Assembly: GCF_004010195.1 (NCBI RefSeq)
Contig: NC_057742.1
Location: 19,385,161-19,449,160, forward strand
Length of the DNA stretch: 64,000 nt
Direction of reading: 5' to 3'
Origin: Chiloscyllium plagiosum
Lineage: Eukaryota
The notes beneath the pieces were generated by a model that did no database searches, was not told where the DNA came from, and was given only the letters and a program-made list of their open reading frames with translations. This document shows, piece by piece, positions 26,243 to 39,329 of the stretch (positions within the stretch are counted from its first letter, which is position 1; each line of letters starts with the position of its first letter). A program made the translations under genes and the position numbers.

Positions 26243-26414
26243 GAGCTGGGACATTATTCAAAAATGCTGAACCCATCCGCAGATACACAAGTCTTGATGA
26301 AATAGACACAACCCGTCTAATATCACTCATAAATAAATCTTTCGGAAAAGATCTACACAAGGACTATATCTCACTACTGAATCCCAGGCTACATTCTATT
26401 TATTTATCAGAAGG
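26243..26414 (+). CDS. NAGS: NAGS exon 5 ([37 protein letters not shown]...LHSIYLSEG); absent from the ORF track
   Basis: Poly-T tract then ttacag|GA, donor GG|gtaagc, 172 nt. Manual translation matches [12 protein letters not shown]...LHSIYxSEG. Confidence 0.96.
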
Positions 26415-27635
26415 GTAAGCCTTTTAGTTTCTATTTGATTGCTGCTGGGATTTAGATATTCATTTTCACTTTGCAGTGCTTTTTCTCATATCAACAGTTA
26501 AATCATTGATGAGACTTATCTCTACATTCAATCAATTTCAAGACTTTTGAAAAGTGACACAAGTTCATAACATGGACAGAATGAAGGTGTTCTAAGAAAT
26601 CTCAGTGAAATTCAATACTGTACATATTTATGATATATCCCAAACAGAGAGAATGAGATCTTCTTCAAGGGAACTTCTTTCACTGCATCAAAAAAGCATT
26701 AATCTTAAAATATGCATGAAGCTCATTGTTGATTTACATTGGGGTGATATTGTAAGCTGATTCCAATATCATCCAGACCTGCACATTTTCCAGTACTGAT
26801 CAGGAATGTAAAGTCCAATTGCTTTCCCAGCACCTCACCTTCCCTCCCCACTTCTTTTTATCATCCCAACTGAGACTGAGTAACCCAGCACACAATAAAG
26901 TCTGTCCTTGTGGATGAAATAAATTTGGTTTTTCCTACTTAATAGTGGAGGGCAATAATTCACTTTGCAAGCTTTGACAAAGTTAAAAGATGTCTCCTCT
27001 CTAGACCATCATAACTGTTAGTTATGTGATTATGCAAAACTTAGATGGGAAGAAAATTGGATAAAGAATGGGTTAGCCCATGCAAAGCAAAACAAGACAG
27101 CTGCTTCTATGGCTAACCTTTTGAAAAACAGTCAGGCTGACTCCATGAAGCTGATTGGTGAAGTCAGGCCATGGTCCTCTCTACAGCTGGAACAATTTGT
27201 TCAATATGTTTCGGTATAATAAGACATGTTTTCTATGCAAGGAGTTTAATGAGCAAATAGGAATTACAAATATTTCTCAGGATTAAATGAAGAGAAATGT
27301 CTTCACTCTGAGAGTTGGGCATATTTTGAATTTTCTGCTCCACTGATCCCTGGATGCTGCATCATTAATTACATTAAGGCTAAGGTGCACAGATGTTTGG
27401 TCTCTGCGTATCAATGGATATGGGAAACAGACAGGATTGTGGAGTTGAAGCCAAACATCAGTGAGGATTGTCCCAAATAGTGGAGCAGGCTCATTGGGCC
27501 ATATAATCTAATCTTGTTCCTATGTCTTTGTTCTTTATAGTCAAATTTGAAACAGCGTTGTCATGATTAGCTTTAATAATTAACAACTTAGAACAGGTTT
27601 TGAACAGCAACTATTTTCTGTCCATGTTACCACAG

Positions 27636-27818
27636 GTACAGCGCTGCTGCAATTATCACCAGAGAGCCTGTCCTGAATGGAATGCCATATCTTGACAAGT
27701 TTGTGGTCAGTACAAATAAACGTGGCCAAGGTACCAGCCTAATGCTTTGGGAATGTATTCGGCAGGATTTTGACTCTCTGTTCTGGAGATCAAGAGCGAC
27801 AAACAGAATCAATCCCTG
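27636..27818 (+). CDS. NAGS: NAGS exon 6 ([24 protein letters not shown]...[13 protein letters not shown])
   Basis: Acceptor ccacag|G, donor TG|gtatgt, 183 nt. GNAT motifs YLDKFVV, GQG and FWRSR. Confidence 0.96.
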
Positions 27819-29126
27819 GTATGTTACTTGCAAATTTCACCATTTATCAACCGTTTTATTTTTATAAATAATTCACTGTCATCTTACAAACACTACATGT
27901 CAGGATGAGGTGACAGTGTATTCATTTGAGTGATTCAAATAACCATTATTCAGTTATGTACTATTGTACATATACTTTTTGTCAGTTTATGGAACACAAC
28001 TGAACTTGTTGAACAGGGTTATCTGTGTTCAAATTCGGACTTGCAGTACATAATAATTAAGCATAGGCATGCAATCAAAATTTCCCCACTCAATTTTTAA
28101 CTAATTTAATACTGGGATGTGGCTGTCAGAATTTAATGCCATCCCTAATTGTCCTGAAGAAGGTTAACTGCTTTCTTGAACCAGAACAGTTCATTTAACG
28201 TGGATACACCTATACTCTCACTGGGGAGAGAGTTCAAGAATTTTGACCTAGCAACACTAAAGGAACAGTGATATATTTCAAAATTGGGATGTTAAATGAT
28301 TTGGAGGGGAACGTGCAGACTGTGGAGTATCCATGTACCTATGAATTTCTAGAAGAAAGTGGTTGTGGATTTGGAAGGTACTATCTAAGGAGTTTTGGTG
28401 AATTTGATTCTGCTGGCAAACAGTGGTGGGACTCCAAGATAAAGTTCTCTGCTCATTGCTCCATACCTTATGGTCCTGTGCTTTCCTCTTCACTGGCTGA
28501 TTTATAATGTTAATGATTAGGGAAAATAATTGATGAGAGTTTCCCCTCCTTTTGTGACCTTAATGAAAACATGTCCTGCTCCCAAAGGATCCTGTAGAAA
28601 CTGTGTTTGGATAGCACAAAAAAAATTAAAATTTAATTATGCAACAGAGCATTAAATAATAATCACCTTCACCAGTTTCAAAGCAATTTGTTTTCCATTC
28701 TTTAAAATTACTTTTGAAGTAGAAATAGTGAGAAAGGTCTAATCCTGAATCTTTGATTTAGAACATAGTTTCTGATCTGACTTTACTGCAACACATTTTT
28801 TCCAGGAGACATGATCACCACAGGTCTAACAAACCTAACAGGCAGGAAGCAAAGCATAAAGTTTCAATAACTCAGCTAAAATTTCACAAATGCAGCAGAT
28901 GTCTCTGCTCCCATTCTTTTCTCCAAAATGTTCTGGAATTCCCTCTAAAAATTTATTCGTTCCATGTCCCATCTCATAGTAGATTCACAAAAAGTCATAG
29001 AATCTTTACAGAATGGAAAAAAGGCCCTTTGGCTTCTCGTAACAATGCCAGTCATCTATTTATTCTAATCCTGTTTTCCAGCATTTGGCCCATTGTTTTT
29101 TATGCTTTGGGGTTTCAAGTGTTCTA

Positions 29127-29254
29127 GGAGAAAGTGAGGACTGCAAATGCTGGAGATCAGAATTGAGAATGTGGTGCTGGAAAAGCACAGCAGGTCAGAC
29201 AGCATGAGGAGCAGGTTAATCCACATTTCAGGCATATGTCCTTCATCAGGAATC
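29127..29254 (-). mobile_element. Penelope-like short element (family A, older) nested in a CR1 tail
   Basis: Core CTGATGA-A-GGAC-ATAT-GCCT-GAAA at 29222-29249 (-). gtgttc is repeated on both sides. Confidence 0.75.
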
Positions 29255-31849
29255 ACGTGTTCATCTAAATACTTCTTAAATGTCTTGAAAGTTTCTGCCT
29301 TTGACACCCTGTTAGGCAGTGAGTTCCAGATACCCACCACCTTCTTAGTGAAAATGTTTTCTGTAAAATCTCCTGGAAACCTTCTGCTCCTTACCTTAAA
29401 ACTATTTCCTCTGTTTGTTGACCCCTCCACTAAAAGGTTTCTCCTTATCCATCCTATTTTTGGCCGTACACCTCAAACAGGTTCCAGGTTCCCCACAGCC
29501 CTCTGGTTCCAAGATAACAGTGGAGTAGCAGAGCTATGTGCGGATACTTACCCAGGCCTTATCAGTCCCTATTATCTTCCTTTCTTTTCTGCTTTTTTTT
29601 TTTTTGTTATTTCCTTTCATTTTTCTTTTCTTTGGCCGGTTAGTCCGGTGGCATCGGTGCAGCAGTGAGAATGGGCCATACGTGCAGAGGGCAGCGCTTT
29701 CCGATAATTTGAGGCAGTGACAGCAAAACTCCTCCAGCAATTGGAGGGGACAGCAGACTCTTCAAGATGGCAAGGTGACAACATAGAGGAATGCGCTTGG
29801 CGCTGTGGCAGCCTGGATTGGCCTGACAGCAGATCCAGGGACTCCTGGTCACAATTTGCCTGGAGTGGCGTCATCGAGGGGGCTGCGGAGCCAGGGACTT
29901 CTTGTCATAGTCATGGTCAGCTCAGAATGGGGACTTCTGGTTATCGGTGAGGTGGCAGTAGCAGCAGAGCTGGGACTCTGGTTGCGGGGCTGAGTGCAGG
30001 TTCAACGTGGGACTCAGCAGCGACAAGATGGACCCAGGAGCGGAGATGGTGCCTAAAGAATGGCGACTCCTACATTGGTGGGTCTGGCGCAGACAGCACT
30101 GGAGGAGAAATGGGGGGACAGATGTTGCTGGTGAGCCGGGTTCATGGTGGAGATAGCAGAACGAAGATACATTCTCTTCCAGTGATACCTTAAACTATTC
30201 GAAATGGTGCAGAATTGAGGCAACATTTGAAGCTTTTGACTGTAAAATATAAATCATTAAATTCAGTTCTCATTTCTAAGGAAAACAATTCCAGCCTATC
30301 TCGTCTCTCTTCATAGCTGAATCTCCTCTTGCAGCCTCTCTACAACAATGACATCCTTCCTCAGCTGTGGTGACCAAAATTGCACACAATATTCCAGCTG
30401 TGAGCTAACAGTATATACAGCTCCATCATAATTAGAACAGTACAGCACAGAACAGGCCCTTCAGCCCACGATGTTGTGCTGACATTCCTTGCTCTTCTAT
30501 TCAACACCTTGACTAATGAAGGCAAGTATTCCAGATGCTGCCTTAATCTGAATTTTCAACCTCATTAAAATGCATTTCCTGTACCAAACATTTGCTGGGT
30601 CCTCATAAAATCCTCTTAACATTTGTTTTTGTCCAGAAGACACCTTGGAACACTTTTCTACATTAATTATTTCCAGACTTGTGCAGCATGTTTAACACCT
30701 GATTTAATAAACTATAACCTCACATGAATACCACAGCTTGTTGCCTTGCCCATGTCTAACAATTCATTGTGTGGATTATTTTATGAACAATAAATCTACG
30801 AGGTTGGATCCTTGGGTTGACTATTTGCTCGATGAGGGTCGTCTGAATCAGAAAATTTCCTGGCTCCCTCTACTTGCCTCTGGACGAAATGCCCTGTCAG
30901 AACCTGATTTTTCCTCCAAGATTGGTGGAGAATAGTGGAAGACAGCCAAATGCCAAAGCAAGAAATTTACAAGTCCTGTCTTTAATCAATTAGCAGTTGT
31001 CCCCTTAAATCTTGATGTGTAGCCTTCACCCTTCACCTAATCACCCTCTGCAAGTATTCTCCATGTAACCTCATGCCCCCTTGTCAATTCATGCTCTCAC
31101 CCACTCCATGCCTCCTTATAGCCCTCATGACACGTGCTAACGCAAGCCAATACATGCCATAATGTCCACCAATCTTTGCTTTTAATGTCCTCCGTGCCAA
31201 CTCATCCAATATCCACCATGGGTAGACCTTAGGAGCCATGTTAAAATGAAGGGTCTAAGTATCTATTGTTGCCTTACTAAATTTAAAAATATACCCACTC
31301 ATGAAAATCCATTAAAAACTTTTAAATCCCCTCAAATAATTAATCCCTAATAAAAGCAACTAGACTTGTATATCTAGCCCCAGATCAATACTTCAGTATT
31401 CTCGATGAGCTGTTAATCAAACTCTGAACCTAGGACCTTTGCTAAGATAATTGTATAAGGTGGAAAGCAGTAAACCATGATAATAACGTAAAGATAGCCC
31501 TTGTGGAAATGGAAGCAAACAGCTATTTAAGAAGCTTCTCTTTGGAGGTTTTTAAAACACCTCTTGGTGTTTCTAGTTTTTTTTAGACATGGCCCTCTCC
31601 AAAGTTTTGGGGCTTGAATTAGATCAGTAACAGGTTTGGAAGCAAAGAGGCTTAATCAACTAATGGACTTGCACTGCATGCCAGTGACCGTGTACAGATA
31701 TCACAATGGTGGATTACCCTTGACATAATGAAGGAGTCAACACTTCTGTTCCATTCTGACAGATTGTAATTCTCAGAATTTAGCTTTCACACAGTAAGAC
31801 TCAGCTTGCAGTATGAATAGAAAATCTTACAATGTTTAGTAGTACAGAA

Positions 31850-32460
31850 CATACAACTGCTGGAAAAAAAGACACATTTTTGTGAAAGCATTCATCTTGC
31901 ATTCATCAGGACAATTTGCAAGAAATAATAAAGTAAAAGAGAAACACCATTTATACTGTATGAGAGGAGAATGCTTTTTGGTAACAGGTGGACTTTGAAT
32001 AGTAGATGTGCTGCTGTGGAGAATGCACCAGTTTATGATGGGTAACAGTTACCTGCCAAAACCTGTTTAGATTTTAAACCAGGCAGGCTCATTCTAACAG
32101 GCTAAGGCATTGCCCAAGAAATGAACCAGCGAATGCCTGTCACCTATTTTGTTGAGTGTTCTTTCCATTTACCTTGTGTATTCATATATGTAGTTTCCAC
32201 GTGCCACACTGCAAGCCCAACTGGCAATCTTAAATTGGTTGTCAGCACAATTCTTTGGACACTCTCAATTATTTTGGTGGAGGCTGGTACAATTGCAACA
32301 TTTGGATGGGTATATGAATAGGAAGGGTTTGGAAGGATATGGGCCAAGTGCTGGCAGGTGGGACTAGATTGGGTTGGGATATCTGTTCGGCATGGATGGG
32401 TTGGACCGAAGGGTCTGTTTCCATGCTGTACATCTCTATGACTCTATTTAGCAAAATGTC
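31850..32460 (-). mobile_element. Old Penelope-like 3' fragment (family E) with a HER1 3' end (about 32276-32447, +) inserted in it
   Basis: VETTYMNTQG (GIY-YIG C-terminal LEA.YI-like motif). CCTGATGA-ATGCAAGAT-GAAT relic near 31885-31910. Homologous to 39330-39870. Confidence 0.65.
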
Positions 32461-32778
32461 TTTTCACAGCAATAAATAATATAATTCTGGAACTTTTAAA
32501 GACAAATCCCAAGTACAGGTCTTCTGACTGGAAAGAAAAGTTGCTACCAAGATTCTTTGAAGTCCAGCAACCTTTAATACGGAGGTCTCCACTTTTCCTT
32601 AAGGCCCAATCAGTTGATTTTAAAAGTCCGTGCCCACTGTTCCTGTACTGCACTCTCACGTCCACTGCGCTGTACAGCTCAGTTTGCATGCTGCTGACCC
32701 CTCTCCTGCTGTGCACTGTCTCCTGACTCTCTGCTGTTCTGTGCTGTCTGGCTGCTGTTCTTTAGCTCAGGTACGAAT

Positions 32779-33105
32779 GATTAGATTAGATTACTTACAG
32801 TGTGGAAACAGGCCCTTCGGCCCAACAAGTCCACACCGACCCGCCGAAGCGTAACCCACCCATACCCCTACCCCTACCCCTACATTTACCCCTTTACCTA
32901 ACACTACGGGCAATTTAGCATGGCCAATTCACCTGACTTGCACATCTTTGGAGTGTGGGAGGAAACCGGAGCACCCGGAGGAAACCCACGCAGACACGGG
33001 GAGAATGTGCAAACTCCACACAGTCAGTCGCCTGAGGCGGGAATCGAACCCGGGTCTCTGGCGCTGCGAGGCAGCAGTGCTAACCACTGTGCCACCGTGC
33101 CGCCC
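32779..33105 (-). mobile_element. HE1-type V-SINE, young (CpGs intact)
   Basis: Consensus-like head GGGCGGCACGGTGGCACAGTGGTTAGCACTGCTGCCTC, B box GGTTCGATTCC, (TAATC)n tail. Confidence 0.93.
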
Positions 33106-34618
33106 AACTACAATCCCATCACAGACTGCAGGTGAGCAATATTGCAGATAATCAGTTCATCACTTAAAAACAAATTAAAGTTATTACATTGGAAAATACC
33201 AAATACTAAGTCAAACTGAAGAAACTAAGCAAAAAATAGGACAGTGCACACCAGAAGGTACTGTGGCAGGTACTACTTATACAATCCTGCATCCAATTCT
33301 CCCACACCTGCTCCTCTGCCACCTCCTTTTCCACCCCTTACTTATTGTGTTTTCCTTCATCCCTGTTGCTAGTTTCCTCATTGTTACGCCATCCCTGCTT
33401 CTGCTTATGTCTGGCTTCCTTTTCTTCTGCCACTCTTGTTCCTCCTGCCTCTGTCTGCTTTTCTTAATCTTCTGTTATGTTTACTTGCGCAACGTACAGA
33501 CACGTCAGCAAACCGAAGCAGAGACTGAGTGGCACAGACAGAACGGGATAGCCAGAATGGCATAGAAACTAATTTATAGAGGTAAGCCTGCTTGTATGCA
33601 ACAGCCAGCTGAATGAAATTTTGGCAAGTCGATGCCACGTACAAGCCGGCTTGACTGTTGATCAACCAAATTGTTGTGACTCCAGCCAGTTACAGAGGGG
33701 GCGTGACAGAATAAGGACCAATATTATTTTGGAATCTTGATCCAGAGCCAATGTTTAATCTAAATCTGGACCCATTTTCCTTTCTCCAAATTTTCTCCTC
33801 TTTTATTTAGAAATACAGCCGCTTAATGGTAAAATCCATTGTCCAATTGTCCATTCTTTACACATGACCATAGGCAATGGATGTCAATGGACTATTTGGT
33901 CATGGATGTCAGCTGAGAACAGCACTGGTAAAGTTAACCATGTATGTACTTTTTACCAAGTGTCACTGTTAATGGCTAAAAGCAGCATGTCTGGTTGGAT
34001 TTCACCATCCTACCACACCTCAGATCCAATGCAATCTCAACAATTTATGGCCAGTTGTGGGGAATCCACCTAGAACTAATGTTGAGTAGCTTCAAGTTAG
34101 ATTTTGTATTCAACCTGGTACTTGACTGATCTGCATGTCTCAATACTGGATTTTTAAGTCATTTATTCACAGCTTCTCTCATGACCAGGACTATCATTAT
34201 ATGGTATAATTAAATGTGTCACAATATCCATAACCCAGTCTTGGATTTTATTTTCCAATTGGTACAATATACCAGTTGTTGCTTTGGCAGGTATGACGAT
34301 GCCAGAAAGGAGTACTGTAAATAACTGCTTCTTCCTCATTATTTAACTTCACTCTTTTCCAAACAATATAAAAACTAGGAACAGGAGTAAGCCATTTGAC
34401 CCTAGGAGCTGTTTGACCACCAATAACACTGTGGCTGATCTGATCTTGGCCTCAACTTGACATTCTGCTTAATCATGATAAACCTCAATTTCGTGCAATG
34501 CAAAAATCTGTCATAACTGGGCCTAACTATATTCAGTGACAGCCTCCATTGTACTCTGCTGTGAGGAGAGAAATCGCTACATTTCTATCTTAAATAGATG
34601 ACCCTTTTAATCTGAAGC

Positions 34619-34745
34619 TAGTGTTAGGTGTGTAGGTCAGGGGTATATATGGGGAATGGGTATGGGTGGGTTACTCTTCGGGGGGGTCGGCGTGGACTTG
34701 TTGGGCCGAAGTGCCTGTTTCCATTCTACAGGGAATCTAGTCTAA
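34619..34745 (+). mobile_element. 5'-truncated HE1 SINE
   Basis: 3' portion only, GGACTTGTTGGGCCGAA...GGAATCTAGTCTA. Confidence 0.8.
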
Positions 34746-34888
34746 ACTGCTCAAATTGATATTTTCTTGTTTTCATTAATTTGATTCTTGTTTTGATTTA
34801 GCTGAATATTTGAAGAGTTGACGTGTATTTTCTAGCCACCATGGTCAATGCAGTTCACAACCAATATACATGGTTTTCTCTTGTACAG

Positions 34889-35069
34889 GTATTTCAAACA
34901 GTGCGATGGAAGCTTTACAACTGGAGAGTGGATTGTCTTTTGGTATGGGCTATCTAATATGCGTGACTCTTATGAACTCGTGGACCATGCAGAAAGTTTA
35001 CCTGATTCATTTATACAACCAAATCAGCCTCTAAACCAGCCATCATCTCCTACAGAAAACTCAAACTAA
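34889..35069 (+). CDS. NAGS: NAGS exon 7, terminal coding part (YFKQCDGSF...[16 protein letters not shown]...ENSN*)
   Basis: Acceptor gtacag|G, TAA at 35067-35069. YFKxxDGSF and LPDSF motifs. Confidence 0.96.
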
Positions 35070-38000
35070 ATCTCAGCACTTTCTGTGCTAGGTTTTCTTT
35101 GTCATCTGAATCTGAAAAATTGCTGCTCTAAAGTTAGATTTGCCTTAGTTTACTTCTTTGGCATACCCAGTCATTCTGAATGCCTCATCCTTTTTAATCT
35201 GTTGAGTGGGATTGGTTGCCTACAAATTCTATTATACTAAAAGAGTGAAAAATTCTATTTTTATTAGCACAAGGCTAGTAAAATCAAAATTAATGAGAAT
35301 TTCAAAAACAATTACCATTTTAAAATCAACTACATTTCTGTCTTCTACAAAATATTTGTTGTAAATGATAACAATGATTGTTAAGGTTGTTTTTACTAAA
35401 ACTGAGCAGAGAGATGCACAGGCAAGCTTGCTCAAAGACTTATCAAACAAGCTGTGCCATCATCCCCCATTTGGAAACGTCCAAGAGCAGAACAATGGAC
35501 CTCTCAATGATGCATATGATTTCCATTGACTCAGAGGAAGGTTGCACACAAAGTGCAGTCTGTTAGCTAAAACAGGTTGCCACTCATAGCCGAACTGAGG
35601 AGAATGTGTCTGATGAGAACAATTGTCTTGAATGAGATATAAGAAGCTAGATCTACTGTGTAGAAACCTCCAAGAGGGAGTTAACTTCAAATTGAATTAT
35701 GTAAAGATTCTTGTGGCCAGTGATTCTGAATTCCTTGCATAAAATCCACGAGAAAGTTTTTTTTTAAATGGTAGCTTAATAACCTGGAAGGAAAATATAT
35801 CTGTATAGTGTGCGTTTCAAGTGTGGCTTTCTTCAATGGTGTAAATGAGGAATGCAAATCACATTGGTAGCAGTACATACCCCCCTTGGAATGGTAGAAT
35901 AGTGGTTGATTATTTACCTGAATTGTAATCCAGAACATTGAACAAATAATCCAAAACCATGAGTTCAAATCCCACAATGATAACATGAAATTGTTAATAA
36001 ATGAATCAAGAATGAAAAAGTTGAATCAGAAATTAGGGCAATGTAATGACTAGCCTTTGTAAAAGCCTATCTAGTTTACTGCTATTCTGGAAGAAAGGAT
36101 TTTTGCCAATCTTAGTTTGTACTTGACCTTTCAGTCTTGGCAATGCAACTTAACTGACCTCTGAAATGGTTGAGCTGGGCATTTTGTTAAGGACAGTCAG
36201 GGATGGCAAACAAATTCTTCCTTGTCAGCAGCGTCCAAGTGCTCTGACTGAATTAAAAATCATGTAAAGAGCAGCGAGAAAATGACAGGATTGTATCACT
36301 CCTAAAAGAATTAGCTAAAAACTAAGCACGTAATTAGAGCTCTACACCTATTGTTTGAGAGTCAACCATGCTATTTAATTTGACAGTTATTTTAGAACTG
36401 AAAAAGACTCCGTTAGCAGTTCCTGGAAGGCAATCGTAGAGTATACTACAATAAAAGCAATTTGTATTGCAGAAACTCAGTAGAACTGCAAGAATAAGTG
36501 AAAGGAGAAACAGTTAATATTTGAGGCCATTCAGCTCGTCAGGTCCATGTCTCGACCAATTCAGCTAATCCCACCTGTACCTTTGCCCCACAGTAGTACT
36601 GCAATTATTTTATCTTCCCATCACCATTGGGTTCTTATACCAGTCACCTTCAATTGGTGTTCTCTGCTGCTCAACAGTTTTCTTCTGTCTACTTGTCAAG
36701 ACCACAAAATTTTGAGCACCTCTATCAAACCATCTCTGCGTCATTTCTCGTCAAAGGAGAACAAACCTAGCTTCTTGTAGGATGCATTAGATCCTCTCAA
36801 TTCTGGAACCGTTCTTGCAAATCGGTTCTGCCTGTTCATCCTTCCTCAAACAAGGTGCCCCAGAATTGGACACATTACTCCTGTTGAGGCTGAGCCAGAT
36901 TCATCACTAAATTCCTTGCTTTTTAATCTATATTCCTCTACTTATAAACCCTAAGATCCCATCTGCTTTTTGAGCCTTGGTGCAGGGTGCTATTGACCAC
37001 ATGCACATCACTTTCAATGTGCCATGCATCAGTGTCATGCTGGTCAAAATGGGATTCATTCCCCTCCACCTCCACATGGCACATGGTCATTGATTGTGTT
37101 ACATCTGGCAATAACCATAAAAGCTTCATTCTGCAGCAGTCAGCCTACAAATGAGTCACCGAAGCAACTCAAAAAGCAATTGTTGGATGACAAGGGCTTT
37201 TATTTTTACTTAAATTAGCAGACAGCACCCGGTTTGTGTGCTACCTGCAATTGTCCCAGCAAAGGGTTATTGTTCATTTTCAGCCCCTATCCAAATTTAG
37301 CCAATAACATAATCAGCATTATCTTTTGAGATATTTGTATCTGGAAAGAAATGTGAAGAAAACTAATAATGTATAACTTACATGTGAGAATTGTATCCAC
37401 TATTCAAGATATATATCTGTAAGCAGTCTGGGCTATAGTTCATAATGGGTATAGGTTAGAGATTTTTATTTAATTATACTAATTTTCTTTCAGCAATGGT
37501 TTCATATCCTATCATGGATATGCAGTGGTACTAATATGTATCATTTATAAGTTCATTTCAAGATAATTAGGAACTTGCCAAACTGTTCAAACAGACAATC
37601 CTGTCCTAATTGTAGACCGTAAGAGTGGAGCAGAAATAATACATTCAGCCGCCTGAGTCTGCTCCACCATTCAATCACAGCTGATATGTTTCTCAATAGT
37701 AGTAAGCCAAAGGTAGGGCTGGAATTAATGCATCTCTGTCTTAGGTCTAGTGCACATTTGTTTTTCTTTTCTCCATTTGTACTTTGAGTATTGAATGCCT
37801 TCTTGACTCTGAAAGCTTTCAAATTAAAACCTATGTATTTATGAAACAATTTGTTTTAATCAAAGGAACAGAAATGCCAAGACCCTCAATCTGATTGTCA
37901 TTGAAATGTTATCACAAATTATAACAAAGAATTAACAGATTACTTGTCAGTTCTGTGCTGGTGAGAGGTTTTAAATTGTACTCTTTATCTAACTCTTATT

Positions 38001-39329
38001 AGATGTGGACAAGGATGATGTCCAAAAAAAAAGCAAATGTGGTTTTGCATCAATTCTCTCCATTTTTAGGAGACTTTTTATTCATCATGAATGCTACCTC
38101 AGCGGAAATCTTTACCCTGGGAGTAGGCAAATAACATTTTAGTAATCCATTTACTCATAAAAGCATTTGAATATTAATGCTGAATATTAATGTGGTATTG
38201 GCATAGTGATAATTTGTCACTACACTGATGATGGAAGGGTAATTTTGTGAGGCTTTTCTTTTTCTAATAAAGTTCCAGTCTACTGAGGCTGCGTGCTCAA
38301 CTGAACGGACAATTAATTTTATGAGGACGCAGTCCACTTATACTCCAAGGAGTCTGACATTATGCTTACCAGTCTATTCCTCCTTGGTTGATTTTGTTTT
38401 GTTAAAAAACACAAATGAGATGTTATTTTAATAATATGAAAGATGGGGTCATGGCATCAGATGCCATTAGGATTTTCTATCAAAATGCTGAGTGTTTTCT
38501 CTACGGTGCATCTCACTAATACTTAATTTATAAAAACAGTTTGAAACTGCAGAATGCTTCTGAGTCTCTATTCCAATTTCCCAGTCGCTTTAAAAGGAGT
38601 GTATTCTTGACGGCCACTATTTGTAGTGGATTTGTAACTGGATGGTGAAGGAACTGGATGCATTGAAGCTGCTGGACAGTTTCCATAGTCTCATTTAGGG
38701 TCAGTTCTTTGCACTTGGAAGAATTAGCATTGTGTTTTGTTTCAGAAGAGAAAAGGTTTAACAACAATGTTATTCTAAGTCAATTCTAGTCACTGTAACA
38801 GTATTTGAGATGTTTGACCAGAACATTTACTGATAAACACATTTCTCGAAATCTAGAACACAGCCAATGCTATCCTGGATCACCAGATACTAAAGTCAAC
38901 ATAAAAAAGGTCATAAGTTGTAAAATGAACCCGGTCTTAAAAAACATTTACAGAGGTGAAAGATAACTTCACTTAAATATTGACAGGGATTAGAATCTTA
39001 TGCCAAATCTAAAAAAAAGCAATACAATTAAATAACTGAGCCACCAGACCAATGCAGCTTGTAGACATCACCCCTAGGGTTCAGATCACCCCCAAAATGT
39101 CCATTTTGTGAAATAAGCAAGTGTTATTCTGATCAAAAACTGAATATATTTTATCTCAATGTCTGTTTGTTTATTTAGCTCAATAGCAAATCTATTTTGT
39201 GAGGCAATATTTAAAATGTTGTGTAATGAGAAGGCCACATGAGATAAATTTCCTTCAGTTTAAATTAAGGCATCCTTTAAAATACATATACTATGTAACC
39301 AAAGTCAACACACAGTCATTGTGTATTGC

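Larger units (their letters stand above)
4369..35069 (+). other. NAGS: NAGS gene span, coding exons 2-7 (exon 1 is upstream of the window)
   Basis: Six GT-AG-bounded exons splice in frame to a vertebrate NAGS (amino-acid-kinase-like domain plus GNAT domain). Internal exon lengths 275/214/181/172/183 match my recollection of human NAGS exons 2-6. Confidence 0.97.

Noticed and set aside
6999-29668. Recurrent ORFs MLEIKVETLLLEQHSRSG and MLPDLLCCSSNK, including the 173-aa ORF at 29147-29668
   Set aside because: These are translations of non-coding PLE terminal repeats.
6164-33151. Recurrent ORFs such as CGRKPEHPEETHADTGRMCKLHTD and VAQWLALLPHS
   Set aside because: These are translations of HE1 SINE copies, not a protein family.
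30880-33740. Possible old Harbinger-like DNA-transposon remnants (also 61850-62820)
   Set aside because: They are repeat-like in texture, but I could not establish TIRs, TSDs or transposase motifs.
35996-36455. AATAAA hexamers as the NAGS poly(A) signal
   Set aside because: There are several candidates, one inside a decayed SINE. I cannot choose between them from sequence alone.
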